Source: an uncultured Sphingobacteriales bacterium | Lineage (GTDB): Bacteria > Bacteroidota > Bacteroidia > CAILMK01 > CAYYUA01 | Direction: 5' to 3' | Assembly: GCA_964474835.1 (NCBI GenBank) | Contig: CAYYUA010000013.1 | Coordinates: 1,405-65,404 of the forward strand | DNA length: 64,000 bases | In this document: in pieces, positions 26,868 through 37,282 of the stretch | How positions within the stretch are numbered: position 1 is the stretch's first letter | Layout: each line of letters begins with the position of its first letter | Notes under the pieces: generated by a model | Databases searched by the model: none | What the model was told of the DNA's origin: nothing | What the model saw: the letters and a program-made list of their open reading frames with translations, nothing else | Program-made: the position numbers and the translations under genes

Positions 26868-27668
26868 ATGTCAGAACGATGTGATTTTTACAAGGTCAAT
26901 GCTTTTACCGAAAACCCTTTCGAGGGCAATCCAGCGGCCTTGTGTGTGATGAGCGAGTGGCCGAGTGATGAAACCCTGCAGGCCATTGCAGCTGATAATT
27001 ACCTCTCTGAAACGGCTTTTCTGAAGCCCAGCAGCAATGAAGAAGAGAGCTACGAGATACGCTGGTTCACTCCTGCTACTGAAGTAGCGCTCTGCGGGCA
27101 TGCTACACTGGCTTCAGCTCATGTTGTTTTCCAGTACCTCCATCCTCAGTGGAGCGCTGTTACCTTCCACACACAGTACTCAGGTGATCTGCGCCTGCAC
27201 GCATCCAATGGCCGGGTTGCCATGGATCTGCCCAGAATACCAGCTGAAAGGAAGGTCAACACCCATGGGCTGGATCAGCTGCAGACGCCTGTTGAAGCTG
27301 TCTATGAAAGTGATAAACTTATCCTCAGGCTTCCGGACGAACAGGCTGTGCGTGATTTTAAGCCTGATCACACCCTGCTGGCTGATATGCACGAGTTCGG
27401 GGTGGGCATAACGGCCCCGGGCTCAGATCAGGAGACAGACTTCGTATCCCGCTTTTTTGCGCCCAATGCCGGCATAGGGGAGGACCCAGTAACCGGCTCT
27501 CTGCACTGCTCGCTGTGTGACATCTGGCAGCAAGCGCTGAACAAGGAAACAATGCAGGCGCGTCAGCTAAGCCCGAGGGGAGGCAATCTTTCAGTAAGCG
27601 CAGAAGAAGATCGTGTATTGGTCAAGGGAAGCGCCCGGACGGTCGTTAAGGGTGATTATTTCTTTTAG
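26868..27668 (+). CDS. PhzF-family isomerase
   Basis: The YKVNAFTENPFEGNPAALCVM N-terminus is characteristic of PhzF/DAP-epimerase-like proteins. Confidence 0.8.
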   Translation: MSERCDFYKVNAFTENPFEGNPAALCVMSEWPSDETLQAIAADNYLSETAFLKPSSNEEESYEIRWFTPATEVALCGHATLASAHVVFQYLHPQWSAVTFHTQYSGDLRLHASNGRVAMDLPRIPAERKVNTHGLDQLQTPVEAVYESDKLILRLPDEQAVRDFKPDHTLLADMHEFGVGITAPGSDQETDFVSRFFAPNAGIGEDPVTGSLHCSLCDIWQQALNKETMQARQLSPRGGNLSVSAEEDRVLVKGSARTVVKGDYFF

Positions 27669-27716
27669 GCCGGCTTTTACCTCAACATTGTTATCACAAC
27701 TAAGCTTACCTATCCA

Positions 27717-28259
27717 TTGGCAAACAACTGGTTTCTAACCGGACAGCCCGGTGTTGGCAAGTCCACTATCATTTATCAACTAGCCAACCAGCTGGAAGCA
27801 GAGGGGCTCCGGCCCGGTGGCCTGGTCAGCCCCGAGATCCGTGATAGCGGAAGCAGAGCAGGCTTCCACGTGCGCGACCTGCTAACCGGGCGTACAGAAG
27901 TGATGGCCCACAAGCAGGGGGAGAGCCCAATGCGGGTTGGGCAGTACAAGGTTATGGCGCATAACATTGATGCGATTTGTAGTGAGGCTTTCCCCTATGC
28001 TTTTCAGCAGGCGGATGTTATCCTGGTGGATGAAATAGGCCCGATGGAGCTCTACAGTCAGGGGTTTAAGCATTTTGTTAAGCAGGCGGTGGAGCAGCCT
28101 GTTCCCTTGTTAGCTGTTATCCACCAGAAGGCCCGGGCTTCCTTTATCCGGGAACTGAAAAAACAGAGCCGGGCTGAGCCGTGGCAGGTTACTGAAACCA
28201 ACCGCGATGAGCTTCCCTCAGCCATTCTTGATGAGTTCAGGAAGGTGCTCAAAAAATGA
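27717..28259 (+). CDS. THEP1/COG1618-like nucleoside-triphosphatase
   Basis: It is 180 aa with a P-loop (GQPGVGKST) and a Walker B-like VILVDEIG. Confidence 0.6.
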   Translation: MANNWFLTGQPGVGKSTIIYQLANQLEAEGLRPGGLVSPEIRDSGSRAGFHVRDLLTGRTEVMAHKQGESPMRVGQYKVMAHNIDAICSEAFPYAFQQADVILVDEIGPMELYSQGFKHFVKQAVEQPVPLLAVIHQKARASFIRELKKQSRAEPWQVTETNRDELPSAILDEFRKVLKK

Positions 28260-28353
28260 CCATAAAAGGCAATGAGGTTTGCCTGTTTCCGTTGGCACAG
28301 GAGCAGAGCTTCACGGAACAATTACCGGTATATCTTACGCTAAAAACCGCTTC

Positions 28354-30204
28354 ATGAGAATTATTTGCTTTATCACGGGCTTTTTGCTGCTAAGCGTTGG
28401 CAGCGTGCATGCCCAGACGGGCACACTAAAAGGTCGGGTGATCAATGCCAATAGCGGAAAGCCCATTGAGCGCTTCCAGGTCAAGATTCCCAGCTTAAAC
28501 AAACAAAGAAAAACGGATAGCCTGGGGCGCTACAAAATGGAAGCCCTACCTGTCGATACCTACACTGTGCGGTTCAAACGCAGCGGCTACAAGACCCACT
28601 TTGTCAATAATGTTGCCATTGCTGAGGGTAAAGTAACCACCAGGAATGTTAGCATAACCCCGAAGCGCAAGCCTGAAGTGCGGAAAAAGTTTTTCCGGAA
28701 CAAGAATGCTATCCAAAGCCAGGCCCCGCGCAGGCGCAATCAGCAAGCAGGCAATGAATCCGTGATCCGCCGGGAATTTAACCGGGAAGCCTACGACCGG
28801 ATCGAGGCCAATCCGTTCAAACGGTCAGTTGAAAAGCCACTCTCAACTTTTTCCATTGATGTAGACCGGGCTTCTTATGCCAATACCAGGCGTTTTCTCA
28901 ATCAGGGCGAGTTGCCGCAAAAAGACGCAGTCCGGATTGAAGAGCTGATCAACTACTTCAACTACGATTACCCCGGGCCTTCAGGCCAGCATCCGTTCTC
29001 AGTCAACGCCGAAGCTGCAGCCTGCCCCTGGCAAGAGGACCACAAACTCCTTCACATCGGCCTTCAGGGGCGGAAGCTCTCCAGGGCCGATATCCCGCCA
29101 TCCAACCTGGTGTTCCTGATAGATGTGTCGGGGTCCATGAACAGCCCGAAAAAGCTACCGCTCGTTAAGGAGTCCCTGCAGCTGCTGACCAAGCAATTAC
29201 GTGCCAGGGATCAGTTAACGATCGTGGTGTACGCTGGCTCATCCGGGATGGTGCTGCCGCCAACGCCCGGGGATCAAAAGGCAGAGATCAGTCAGGCCAT
29301 TAACAAGCTGGAAGCAGGAGGAGGAACAGCAGGCAGCAAGGGCATCAAGCTGGCTTACCAAAAGGCCAGGGAAAGCTTTATAGAAGACGGGAACAACCGC
29401 GTGGTACTAGCTACTGATGGCGATTTTAACATTGGGGTTACCAGTGACGGGGCCCTGACCCGCCTGATCGAGCGGAAGCGCGAGGAAGGGGTCTACCTCT
29501 CCGCTTTGGGCTTTGGCATGGGCAATTACCAGGGTAGCAAAATGGAAAAGCTATCCAACAAGGGAAATGGGAACTACACCTATATAGACAGCCGGCTGGA
29601 AGCCAAGAAAACCCTTGTTTCGGAATTCGGTGGAACTATGAATACGATTGCCAAGGATGTAAAAGTACAGGTGGAATTCAATCCGGCGAAGGTTAAAGCA
29701 TACCGCCTGATAGGTTACGTAAACCGGCAGCTGGATAAAACAGCGTTTCGCGATGACAGCATAGATGCCGGGGAGTTAGGGGCCGGGCATTCGGTAACAG
29801 CTCTCTACGAGTTAGTGCCGCAGGGCGCTTCCCTGAAGCAGAAGCCAGGCCGGGTGCCGGAGCTTAAATACCAGGAAAAACGAATCCGGGAAGCGGCTTA
29901 TGAATCGGGCGAGCTTGGGATCCTGCGTCTTCGGTACAAAGAACCGGACGAAGACGAGAGTCAGCTCATCGAGCAACCTGTTCAGCTGGAAGAAAATGCC
30001 GAGCCATCGGCTAACTTTCATTGGTCGGCGGCAGTAGCAATGTTCGGGATGCAGCTAAGGCAGAGTCCTTACAAAGGGTCAACCGACTACAAACTAATTC
30101 GGAAAAATGCTGAAAGAGGCATGGGGAAAGATGAACAGGGCTATAGGCAGGATTTCATGAAGATGGTGGATAAGGCTCAGAAGCTAGAGCAGCGGCAGTA
30201 CTAA
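28354..30204 (+). CDS. von Willebrand factor A domain protein (YfbK-like) with N-terminal carboxypeptidase-regulatory-like domain
   Basis: The ATG at 28354 gives a signal peptide (MRIICFITGFLLLSVGSVHAQ). A vWA MIDAS motif is present (DVSGSMNS). Confidence 0.7.
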   Translation: MRIICFITGFLLLSVGSVHAQTGTLKGRVINANSGKPIERFQVKIPSLNKQRKTDSLGRYKMEALPVDTYTVRFKRSGYKTHFVNNVAIAEGKVTTRNVSITPKRKPEVRKKFFRNKNAIQSQAPRRRNQQAGNESVIRREFNREAYDRIEANPFKRSVEKPLSTFSIDVDRASYANTRRFLNQGELPQKDAVRIEELINYFNYDYPGPSGQHPFSVNAEAAACPWQEDHKLLHIGLQGRKLSRADIPPSNLVFLIDVSGSMNSPKKLPLVKESLQLLTKQLRARDQLTIVVYAGSSGMVLPPTPGDQKAEISQAINKLEAGGGTAGSKGIKLAYQKARESFIEDGNNRVVLATDGDFNIGVTSDGALTRLIERKREEGVYLSALGFGMGNYQGSKMEKLSNKGNGNYTYIDSRLEAKKTLVSEFGGTMNTIAKDVKVQVEFNPAKVKAYRLIGYVNRQLDKTAFRDDSIDAGELGAGHSVTALYELVPQGASLKQKPGRVPELKYQEKRIREAAYESGELGILRLRYKEPDEDESQLIEQPVQLEENAEPSANFHWSAAVAMFGMQLRQSPYKGSTDYKLIRKNAERGMGKDEQGYRQDFMKMVDKAQKLEQRQY

Positions 30205-30216
30205 TGCGCCACCATT

Positions 30217-30246
30217 AAAAAAGCCCCTTCTCTGGAAGAAGGGGCT
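30217..30246 (-). terminator. terminator hairpin (AGCCCCTTC/GAAGGGGCT) downstream of tRNA-Pro, also at the 3' end of the vWA gene
   Basis: It has a 9-bp stem and a 7-nt loop, with a T-run on the - strand (an A-run on +). Confidence 0.5.
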
Positions 30247-30255
30247 GTGGCAGGG

Positions 30256-30330
30256 TCGGGGTGGCTGGATTCGAACCAGCGGCCTCCACGTCCCGAACGT
30301 GGCGCGCTGACCAGGCTGCGCTACACCCCG
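30256..30330 (-). tRNA. tRNA-Pro (anticodon CGG)
   Basis: The reverse complement folds as a cloverleaf. The acceptor is CGGGGTG/CACCCCG+A, the anticodon stem is CCACG/CGTGG with loop TTCGGGA, and the T-arm is GCTGG-TTCGAAT-CCAGC. It is 75 nt with no encoded CCA. Confidence 0.85.
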
Positions 30331-30372
30331 CAATTTTTGCTGCGCAAAACTAATAAAAACAACAGGTAAGGC

Positions 30373-31479
30373 CTATTCCTGCGCTAGGTTCAGCTGCTGG
30401 AGGGTTGTGGCGCGGTCCAGCTTGCCGGAATGGGTGTAGGCAAAGGCAGGAGTGGCGTAATAATCCTTCGGAACAGCATAACGCGGCAGGTAGGCCCTGA
30501 GGGCTTGATCCAGCTGATGTTGTTGAGCATCCAGGAATGCTGACGAGCACTCTACGATCAGGATTGCCCGCTCACCCAGCGCACTGTCCGGAACACTGGC
30601 AAGGAAAAAGTTGGGCAAAGACAGCTCATACTCAGCAATGGTGCTGGCGATCTGTTGCTCCACCTGCTCTGTCTGGATTTTGTACCCCCCGGAATTGATA
30701 ACAAAATCAGCCCGTCCGAGCCACTGGAAATAGTGCTGATCCAGAAGCCTTACCCGGTCGTTGGTGTTAACAGGCGTATCCCACAAGGGGGTATCAATAA
30801 TTAGCCGCTCCTGCTCATCCTGCCGGAAGCTGGTTTCCGGCATTGCCTGGAAATAATGCCAGGGCTCAGGGCTAACCTTCCGGATTGCTACATGAGTCAG
30901 GGTTTCCGTCATACCATAGGTGTGGTAAACAGTCGCCCCTGTTTGCCGGGCTGTTTCCTCCAGCTCCTGACTTAGCGGGCCGCCTCCTATCAGGATGGCG
31001 CCTGTTTGACGAAGGAAGTTGCGATGTTCGGCTGATGCCTCAGCAATGGCTTTGAATTGCAGCGGGACAAGCGCTGTCATAGCAGGTGGATTGCTCAATA
31101 GCCAGTCCGGGATTGGCTGCCGCGCTGGTTGTACCTGAATAACCGGCATGTCATGAACAAGCCCCCGCATCACCATCATAAAGCCAGCTACATAGGAGAC
31201 CGAAAGGGGATTGAGTAAGCGGTCACCGGGTTTGAGCCCCAGAAAGGTTACCGTCTGTTGAACGCTGCGCTGAATCTGCGGGCGGGTAATTTCGATGGCC
31301 TTAGGGCTGCCTGTGGAGCCAGAGGTGTACAGCGTGAATTGTTGTTGCTGCCTGAGCCAGGCTCGGGCTGTGGTCAGCACCTGCTGTCCGGAAGCCGGAC
31401 TGGCTTGCATTAAAGCATCATCAGCATGCTGAATACTGGCCCAGGGCCAGGGCGTATGACCGATTTGAAGGTAACTCAT
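30373..31479 (-). CDS. AMP-dependent synthetase/ligase, short form (o-succinylbenzoate-CoA ligase-like)
   Basis: It has the AMP-binding motif LYTSGSTGSPKAI. The 368 aa length is typical of Bacteroidetes MenE-like ligases. Confidence 0.55.
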   Translation of the reverse strand: MSYLQIGHTPWPWASIQHADDALMQASPASGQQVLTTARAWLRQQQQFTLYTSGSTGSPKAIEITRPQIQRSVQQTVTFLGLKPGDRLLNPLSVSYVAGFMMVMRGLVHDMPVIQVQPARQPIPDWLLSNPPAMTALVPLQFKAIAEASAEHRNFLRQTGAILIGGGPLSQELEETARQTGATVYHTYGMTETLTHVAIRKVSPEPWHYFQAMPETSFRQDEQERLIIDTPLWDTPVNTNDRVRLLDQHYFQWLGRADFVINSGGYKIQTEQVEQQIASTIAEYELSLPNFFLASVPDSALGERAILIVECSSAFLDAQQHQLDQALRAYLPRYAVPKDYYATPAFAYTHSGKLDRATTLQQLNLAQE

Positions 31480-31618
31480 CTTGTTACAACGCGGAAACGG
31501 GATTCCAGGAAGAGCTAATGTTTGTTATTTCTGAAATAAATTCCAATATTTAAGGCTTCCACAGGCTTGAACATTGCCTGTTCCTCTTCGTTTGCGATTT
31601 AGCACAAAACAAGCCAGT

Positions 31619-33559
31619 ATGGATATTGAACCCGGTAAGCTCCTTTCACAGATCCATTATCCGGAAGACTTAAAACAATTTTCCAAAAAGGAGCTGCCAC
31701 AGGTGGCCAATGAGCTCCGCGACTACATCATAGATGTGGTATCGGTGTATGGCGGGCACTTCGGAGCAAGCCTTGGTGTGGTAGAACTGACCGTGGCCCT
31801 GCACTACGTGCTGAACACCCCTGATGACCAGCTGGTGTGGGACGTAGGGCATCAGGCCTACGGCCATAAGATCATTACCGGCCGGCGCGATCAGTTCTCC
31901 ACCAACCGGCGCTGGCAAGGGCTGAGCGGCTTCCCCAAGATTGCAGAGAGTGAGTACGATACATTCGGGGTAGGTCATGCCGGAACCTCCATTTCAGCAG
32001 CACTGGGAATGGCCATTGCCAGCCGGCAGAAAGGTGAGCGGAATCGCCAGCATGTAGCGGTCATCGGTGATGGCGCCATGACGGCCGGTTTGGCTTTCGA
32101 AGGCATGAACCACGCTGGCGTGGAGGACTCAAACCTGACCGTGATCCTCAATGATAATTGCATGTCCATTGACCCCAACGTTGGGGCCCTCAATGAGTAC
32201 CTGACCGATATTGCCACATCCCAGACCTACAACCGCTTCCGGGACGAGCTCTGGAATGTGCTGGGCCGGATCAAGAAATTCGGACCTAAGGCTCAGGAGC
32301 TGGGCTCTCAGATCGAGAATAGCCTGAAGTCCATGTTACTGAAGCATGCCAACTTCTTTGAATCCCTGAATTTCCGGTACTTCGGCCCGGTAGATGGCCA
32401 TGACGTTAATCACCTGGCTGATCTGCTGGAAGATATGAAGGATATTCCCGGGCCTAAGCTGTTACACTGTGTTACGGTCAAGGGCAAGGGATTCAAGGCA
32501 GCGGAAGAAGAGCAAACCAAGTGGCACAACCCGGGTGCTACCTTTGATAAGATCACTGGCGAAATCAAGAAAAAACCAGCTAAGGCTACCGATCCCCCTA
32601 AGTATCAGGACGTATTTGGTAAGACCATTATTGAACTGGCAGAGCAGAACAAGGATATCATGGGCATTACCCCTGCGATGCCCTCTGGTTCCTCGCTCGG
32701 AATGATGATGGAAAAGATGCCCGATCGGGCGATCGATGTGGGCATTGCTGAGCAGCATTCGGTCACAGTAGCAGCTGGCATGGCAACGCAGGGCCTTAAG
32801 CCGTTCGTAACCATATACTCAACTTTTCTCCAACGGGCTTATGACCAGTTAGTACACGATGTCTGCATTCAGGATCTACCCGTAGTACTGTGCGTTGACC
32901 GGGCTGGCCTTGTGGGGCATGATGGGGCTACCCATCAAGGAGCCTATGACATCGGTTACGCCCGTATCCTGCCAAATATGATCGTGGGGGCTCCCATGAA
33001 TGAGCCCGAGCTTCGGAATTTTATGTACACCGCTCAGATCCGGGATCACAGTCCCTTTGCCATCCGCTATCCACGTGGTAAGGGCGTCACCCCGGATTGG
33101 CAGCAGCCGATGACGGAAATCCCGATCGGCAAGGGGCGTAAGCTAAGAGATGGAACTGATCTGGCTATCCTGAGCTTCGGGCATCCCGGCAACTTTGCGG
33201 AAGAAGCCATTCAGGAACTGGAGGGGCAGAATGTTAGCATTGCCCACTATGACATGCGGTTCGCTAAGCCACTGGATGAAGCACTACTCCACGAAATCTT
33301 CCGGAATCATGACCAGGTGCTAACGGTAGAAGATGGCGCTGTTAATGGAGGTTTCGGTAGTGCCGTACTGGAATTCATGGCTGAGCATAACTACCAGGCC
33401 AACACTAAGCGGCTCGGTATTCCTGATGAGATTGTAGAGCATGGCGACCCGGCTGTTCAGCAGCAATATTGCGGTGTGGATAAAGCTGGTATCCTGAATG
33501 CAATTAACACTATGGTTGGCGTGAAGCCGCAGGCTACCAACCAAGTGCTCTCCTCCTGA
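31619..33559 (+). CDS. dxs: 1-deoxy-D-xylulose-5-phosphate synthase
   Basis: It has a TPP-binding region (GDGAMTAGLAFEGMNHAG) and the canonical N-terminus. The start is ATG at 31619 (MDIEPG). Confidence 0.9.
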   Translation: MDIEPGKLLSQIHYPEDLKQFSKKELPQVANELRDYIIDVVSVYGGHFGASLGVVELTVALHYVLNTPDDQLVWDVGHQAYGHKIITGRRDQFSTNRRWQGLSGFPKIAESEYDTFGVGHAGTSISAALGMAIASRQKGERNRQHVAVIGDGAMTAGLAFEGMNHAGVEDSNLTVILNDNCMSIDPNVGALNEYLTDIATSQTYNRFRDELWNVLGRIKKFGPKAQELGSQIENSLKSMLLKHANFFESLNFRYFGPVDGHDVNHLADLLEDMKDIPGPKLLHCVTVKGKGFKAAEEEQTKWHNPGATFDKITGEIKKKPAKATDPPKYQDVFGKTIIELAEQNKDIMGITPAMPSGSSLGMMMEKMPDRAIDVGIAEQHSVTVAAGMATQGLKPFVTIYSTFLQRAYDQLVHDVCIQDLPVVLCVDRAGLVGHDGATHQGAYDIGYARILPNMIVGAPMNEPELRNFMYTAQIRDHSPFAIRYPRGKGVTPDWQQPMTEIPIGKGRKLRDGTDLAILSFGHPGNFAEEAIQELEGQNVSIAHYDMRFAKPLDEALLHEIFRNHDQVLTVEDGAVNGGFGSAVLEFMAEHNYQANTKRLGIPDEIVEHGDPAVQQQYCGVDKAGILNAINTMVGVKPQATNQVLSS

Positions 33560-33769
33560 AAGTACAGGGCTGGTTGAAACGTGGAGCGCTGCTAAGAAGG
33601 AAGCGGTTTTGACAGGTTTTTTGGCGCCCTTCAGCCTTCATGTTTCAGCCAGCTTTTTATTGCTCTCCTGTAGGCTTATACGCTAAGCACCTATGGTTTC
33701 GTTATTCAACTAATTGCTGCCTGGCAGTTTGGATAACTACACAGGCTCAGAGCTGGAATAGGTATTTGG

Positions 33770-33777
33770 TACTTTTG
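33770..33777 (+). promoter_or_regulatory. candidate -7 box TACTTTTG (TAnnTTTG) upstream of the gldA-like gene
   Basis: The motif lies about 40 bp upstream of the TTG start at 33817. Confidence 0.25.
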
Positions 33778-33816
33778 CAGCTCAATTAGGCAGAAACCTT
33801 TCAAAAGCAGGACCTC

Positions 33817-34731
33817 TTGTCAATACAGACTGCGGGCTTAACCAAGGTGTACAATGAGCAGACCGCACTGGACCACCTGAACTTTCAGATAGAAGCGGGA
33901 GGTGTGGTTGGCCTGTTGGGACCGAACGGAGCCGGCAAGTCCACCTGTATGCGGATCCTGACGGGGTATAGTGCCCCTACGGAAGGCGATGCCTGGATCA
34001 ATGGCCAGAGTATTCTAACCGCCCCGGTTGCGGTCAGGCGCTCTATCGGATACCTGCCCGAGAACAATCCCCTGTACGAAGAGCAATATGTGGATGAATA
34101 CCTGGGCTTTTCTGCCGGTATTTACGGACTCAAAGGCCGCTACAAGAAGCAGCGCATCCGCGAAATGATAGCGATCACAGGCCTCGAACCTGAAAGGCGC
34201 AAGCCGATCGGGGCTTTATCCAAGGGCTACCGCCAGCGGGTGGGATTGGCTCAGGCGCTCATTCATGACCCGGAAGTGCTAATTCTGGATGAGCCCACCT
34301 CTGGGCTGGATCCCAACCAAGTGGAGGAGATCCGTAACCTGATCCGCAATATTGGCCAGGAAAAGACCGTTCTGCTCTCTTCCCACATAATGCAGGAAGT
34401 ACAGGCCATGTGCAACAGGGTCCTGATCCTCCGGGAAGGGCAGCTGGTAGCTGATGAAGACACCGATGCCCTTGTGAACCGCATAGAGGGGCAGCTGACT
34501 GTTGATGTGCGCTTCAAGTCTTCAATGCAGGAGCATGACCTGGCGCAATTGCCGGGCATTGAGCACGTAAGCCGGCAGGATGGTTACTGGCATCTCCAGA
34601 CCTCCGAAACCGATGAGGTGGCCTTTGCTGAAGCTATCTTTCAGCTGGCCCAGCAACAGCAAAACCCGATTATCGAAATGAACAAAAACCGTGAGAGCCT
34701 GGAGCACGTCTTCCAGGAACTAACTCAGTAA
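33817..34731 (+). CDS. ABC transporter ATP-binding protein (GldA-like)
   Basis: It has Walker A (GPNGAGKST) and a TTG start. It precedes an ABC-2 permease and a GldG-like protein. Confidence 0.7.
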   Translation: MSIQTAGLTKVYNEQTALDHLNFQIEAGGVVGLLGPNGAGKSTCMRILTGYSAPTEGDAWINGQSILTAPVAVRRSIGYLPENNPLYEEQYVDEYLGFSAGIYGLKGRYKKQRIREMIAITGLEPERRKPIGALSKGYRQRVGLAQALIHDPEVLILDEPTSGLDPNQVEEIRNLIRNIGQEKTVLLSSHIMQEVQAMCNRVLILREGQLVADEDTDALVNRIEGQLTVDVRFKSSMQEHDLAQLPGIEHVSRQDGYWHLQTSETDEVAFAEAIFQLAQQQQNPIIEMNKNRESLEHVFQELTQ

Positions 34732-34753
34732 ATCTCCTGATGCTCAGCACGCT

Positions 34754-35482
34754 ATGCTAACAATCCTGAAAAAGGAGATTAACAGCTTTTTCAGCTCCCT
34801 GATTGCCTACATCGTTATTAGTGTTTTTCTGACAGCCACCGGCCTGTTTGTGTGGATCCTGCCCGGGCTGAATGTTTTCGATTACGGCTACGCTACGCTG
34901 GAGGAGATGTTTAACATCGCTCCGTGGGTCTTTATGTTCCTGATACCTGCTATCACGATGCGCCTGCTGGCTGAGGAGCGGAGTTCCGGAACGCTGGAAA
35001 TCCTGACAACCAAGCCCCTTAGTGACGGCACCATTGTTACGGCTAAGTACCTCTCGGGCCTGGTGCTGGTGCTGTTTGCCATTCTTCCCACACTGCTTTA
35101 CTTCTACACCATCTATACCCTGGCTGATCCGGTAGGCAATGTAGACATCGGCGGAACCTGGGGATCGTACCTGGGGCTGGTCTTCCTTGGCGGAGGCTAT
35201 ACGGCTATCGGTCTCTTCGGATCATCTATAACAAATAATCAAATTATAGCTTTTATAGTATCAGTGTTTATCTGTTTTGTTCTCTACGCCCTGCTTCCGT
35301 GGTTACGGGAGTATACAACCTGGTCAGCGCTGGATCCGGTGATCAAAGCGCTGAACATCCAGGCCCATTACCGCTCAATGAGCCGTGGCGTTATTGATAC
35401 GCGGGATGTGGTGTACTTTGTAAGCTTATCTGTTCTATTTCTGATGTTTACCAAAACTGTACTGGAAAGCCGTAAGTGGTAA
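34754..35482 (+). CDS. ABC-2 permease (GldF-like)
   Basis: It is a 6-TM ABC-2 permease directly downstream of the ATPase. Confidence 0.65.
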   Translation: MLTILKKEINSFFSSLIAYIVISVFLTATGLFVWILPGLNVFDYGYATLEEMFNIAPWVFMFLIPAITMRLLAEERSSGTLEILTTKPLSDGTIVTAKYLSGLVLVLFAILPTLLYFYTIYTLADPVGNVDIGGTWGSYLGLVFLGGGYTAIGLFGSSITNNQIIAFIVSVFICFVLYALLPWLREYTTWSALDPVIKALNIQAHYRSMSRGVIDTRDVVYFVSLSVLFLMFTKTVLESRKW

Positions 35483-35518
35483 CCGGTCCCTGTTACCACC
35501 AATGGCCCTATCTGCGAT

Positions 35519-37282
35519 ATGAAGCAGGCACGCTCCCGGAAACTCCAATCCTACCTTCAGCTGGCTATCCTGAGTGCCATCATTGTTGCCATTAACATCA
35601 TTGCCCAATATGCCAACGAACGGGTGGATCTGACTTCTGATAACCGCTACACGCTATCCCCGCAGACGATCGAAAAGCTGCAGAACCTGAATGATATTGT
35701 CTATGCCAAGGTCTACCTGGGCAGTGACAACCTGCCTGCGGGCTTCCGGCGGCTGCGGCAGTCCACCCGGGAAATGCTGAACGAAATGAAGGCGTATGCC
35801 GGGGATAAGCTTCAGTACGAGTTTATCGACCCCACGGACATAGAAGACCCCGAGGAGCGCCGGGATCGCTTTAAGCAGCTCAGCAAGCAAGGGCTGGAGC
35901 CGGTCAACCTTCAGATCCAGAAGGAGAGTGGCAGTGCTCAAAAGGTCATCTTCCCCGGCACTATTCTATTTTACAAAGATAAAACCTCCTCCTATCAGAT
36001 CCTGAAAGAGCAGCAGGGCCGCCAGCCCCAGCAGGTTATCCAGAACTCCATTATGAACCTGGAATACGGGCTCATGAGCACTGTCCGAAAGCTCAGAACC
36101 CGCGACACCAAGCGCATTGCCTTCGTGACCGGCCATGGGGAACTGGGGAAGCGCCAAACCAGGGACATCCGCAATACCCTTAGTGAGACCTACACCGTCA
36201 AGCGCCTTAACCTGCCCCGGTACAAAGTAGGAGCGCTACAGGAGTTTGATCTGGCTGTAGTGGCCAAGCCCACCGAGCGGCTAAATCCGCTGGAAAAATT
36301 CAAGCTCGATCAGTTTATCATGAGAGGGGGTAAGGTGCTTTGGATGGTAGAAACCCTGCAGGTGAGCATGGATAGCCTCAGCCGGCGCGGGGTTGGGATG
36401 AGCCGGCAGTACAACCTGAACCTGAAAGACCAGCTCTTCAAGTATGGGGTGCGGATCAATACCAATTTGGTGCAGGATCTCCAGAGCCATGCGATCCCTA
36501 CTATCCGCAGTGGCCGTACCGGTCAGCGCCGGCGGAACTTCCTGCCCTGGCCCTACTATCCCTTAGTTACACCGCAGCAGGACCACCCCATCGTTACCAA
36601 CATGAGCCGGATCTGGCTGCGGTTTGCCAATTCTATTGATACAGTGGCGAGTGAAGGCGTTGATAAAACAATTCTCCTGCGCAGTTCGCCGAATGCCCGC
36701 ACCTTGTTCCACCCCGTGCGGATCAACATGCAGAACATTCGCAAAACCATGAGTGAGCGGCTGTACCAGGCTGGTCCGCAGAACCTGGCTGTGCTGTTAG
36801 AGGGAAGCTTCCCCTCAGCCTTTGAGAACCGGGTGGCCCCGGAAACGCTGGAATCCAGCAAATACGGGGAGCTCAAGGCAAGGAGTGATACTACAAAGAT
36901 GATCGTAGTTAGCGATGGCGATCTCGTCCGCAACCAGATAAACCAGATGGAAGGAGAGACCATTGAGCTGGGGAAAGACCGCTACACGCAGACCAACTTC
37001 GCCAATAAGACCTTTGCTCTGAACTGTGTGGATTACCTGCTGGACGAATCGGGGCTTATGAGCCTGCGTGCCAAGGATTATGAGCTCCGCATGCTGAATC
37101 AGGAAAAAGCCGAAGCGGAAAAGCGCTACTGGCGGATCGTGAATATGGCCGCTCCAGTTGGCCTGGTTCTGCTGTTCGGGCTCGTTTATAACTTTATCCG
37201 CAGGCAGCGTTTTGTCCGGCTTAACCAGCCTGTCAATGATCATGCTTCAGAACATGGAAACGAAGAAGAAACGCCATCATGA
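35519..37282 (+). CDS. GldG-like ABC-transporter auxiliary protein
   Basis: It has N- and C-terminal TM anchors with a large intervening domain. Its position after the gldA/gldF-like genes fits GldG. Confidence 0.6.
   Translation: MKQARSRKLQSYLQLAILSAIIVAINIIAQYANERVDLTSDNRYTLSPQTIEKLQNLNDIVYAKVYLGSDNLPAGFRRLRQSTREMLNEMKAYAGDKLQYEFIDPTDIEDPEERRDRFKQLSKQGLEPVNLQIQKESGSAQKVIFPGTILFYKDKTSSYQILKEQQGRQPQQVIQNSIMNLEYGLMSTVRKLRTRDTKRIAFVTGHGELGKRQTRDIRNTLSETYTVKRLNLPRYKVGALQEFDLAVVAKPTERLNPLEKFKLDQFIMRGGKVLWMVETLQVSMDSLSRRGVGMSRQYNLNLKDQLFKYGVRINTNLVQDLQSHAIPTIRSGRTGQRRRNFLPWPYYPLVTPQQDHPIVTNMSRIWLRFANSIDTVASEGVDKTILLRSSPNARTLFHPVRINMQNIRKTMSERLYQAGPQNLAVLLEGSFPSAFENRVAPETLESSKYGELKARSDTTKMIVVSDGDLVRNQINQMEGETIELGKDRYTQTNFANKTFALNCVDYLLDESGLMSLRAKDYELRMLNQEKAEAEKRYWRIVNMAAPVGLVLLFGLVYNFIRRQRFVRLNQPVNDHASEHGNEEETPS

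Noticed and set aside
30205-30372. tRNA-Pro as a possible integration hotspot or genomic island boundary
   Set aside because: There is no integrase, no direct repeat of the tRNA 3' end, and no compositional shift on either side. Flanking genes are ordinary core-type genes.
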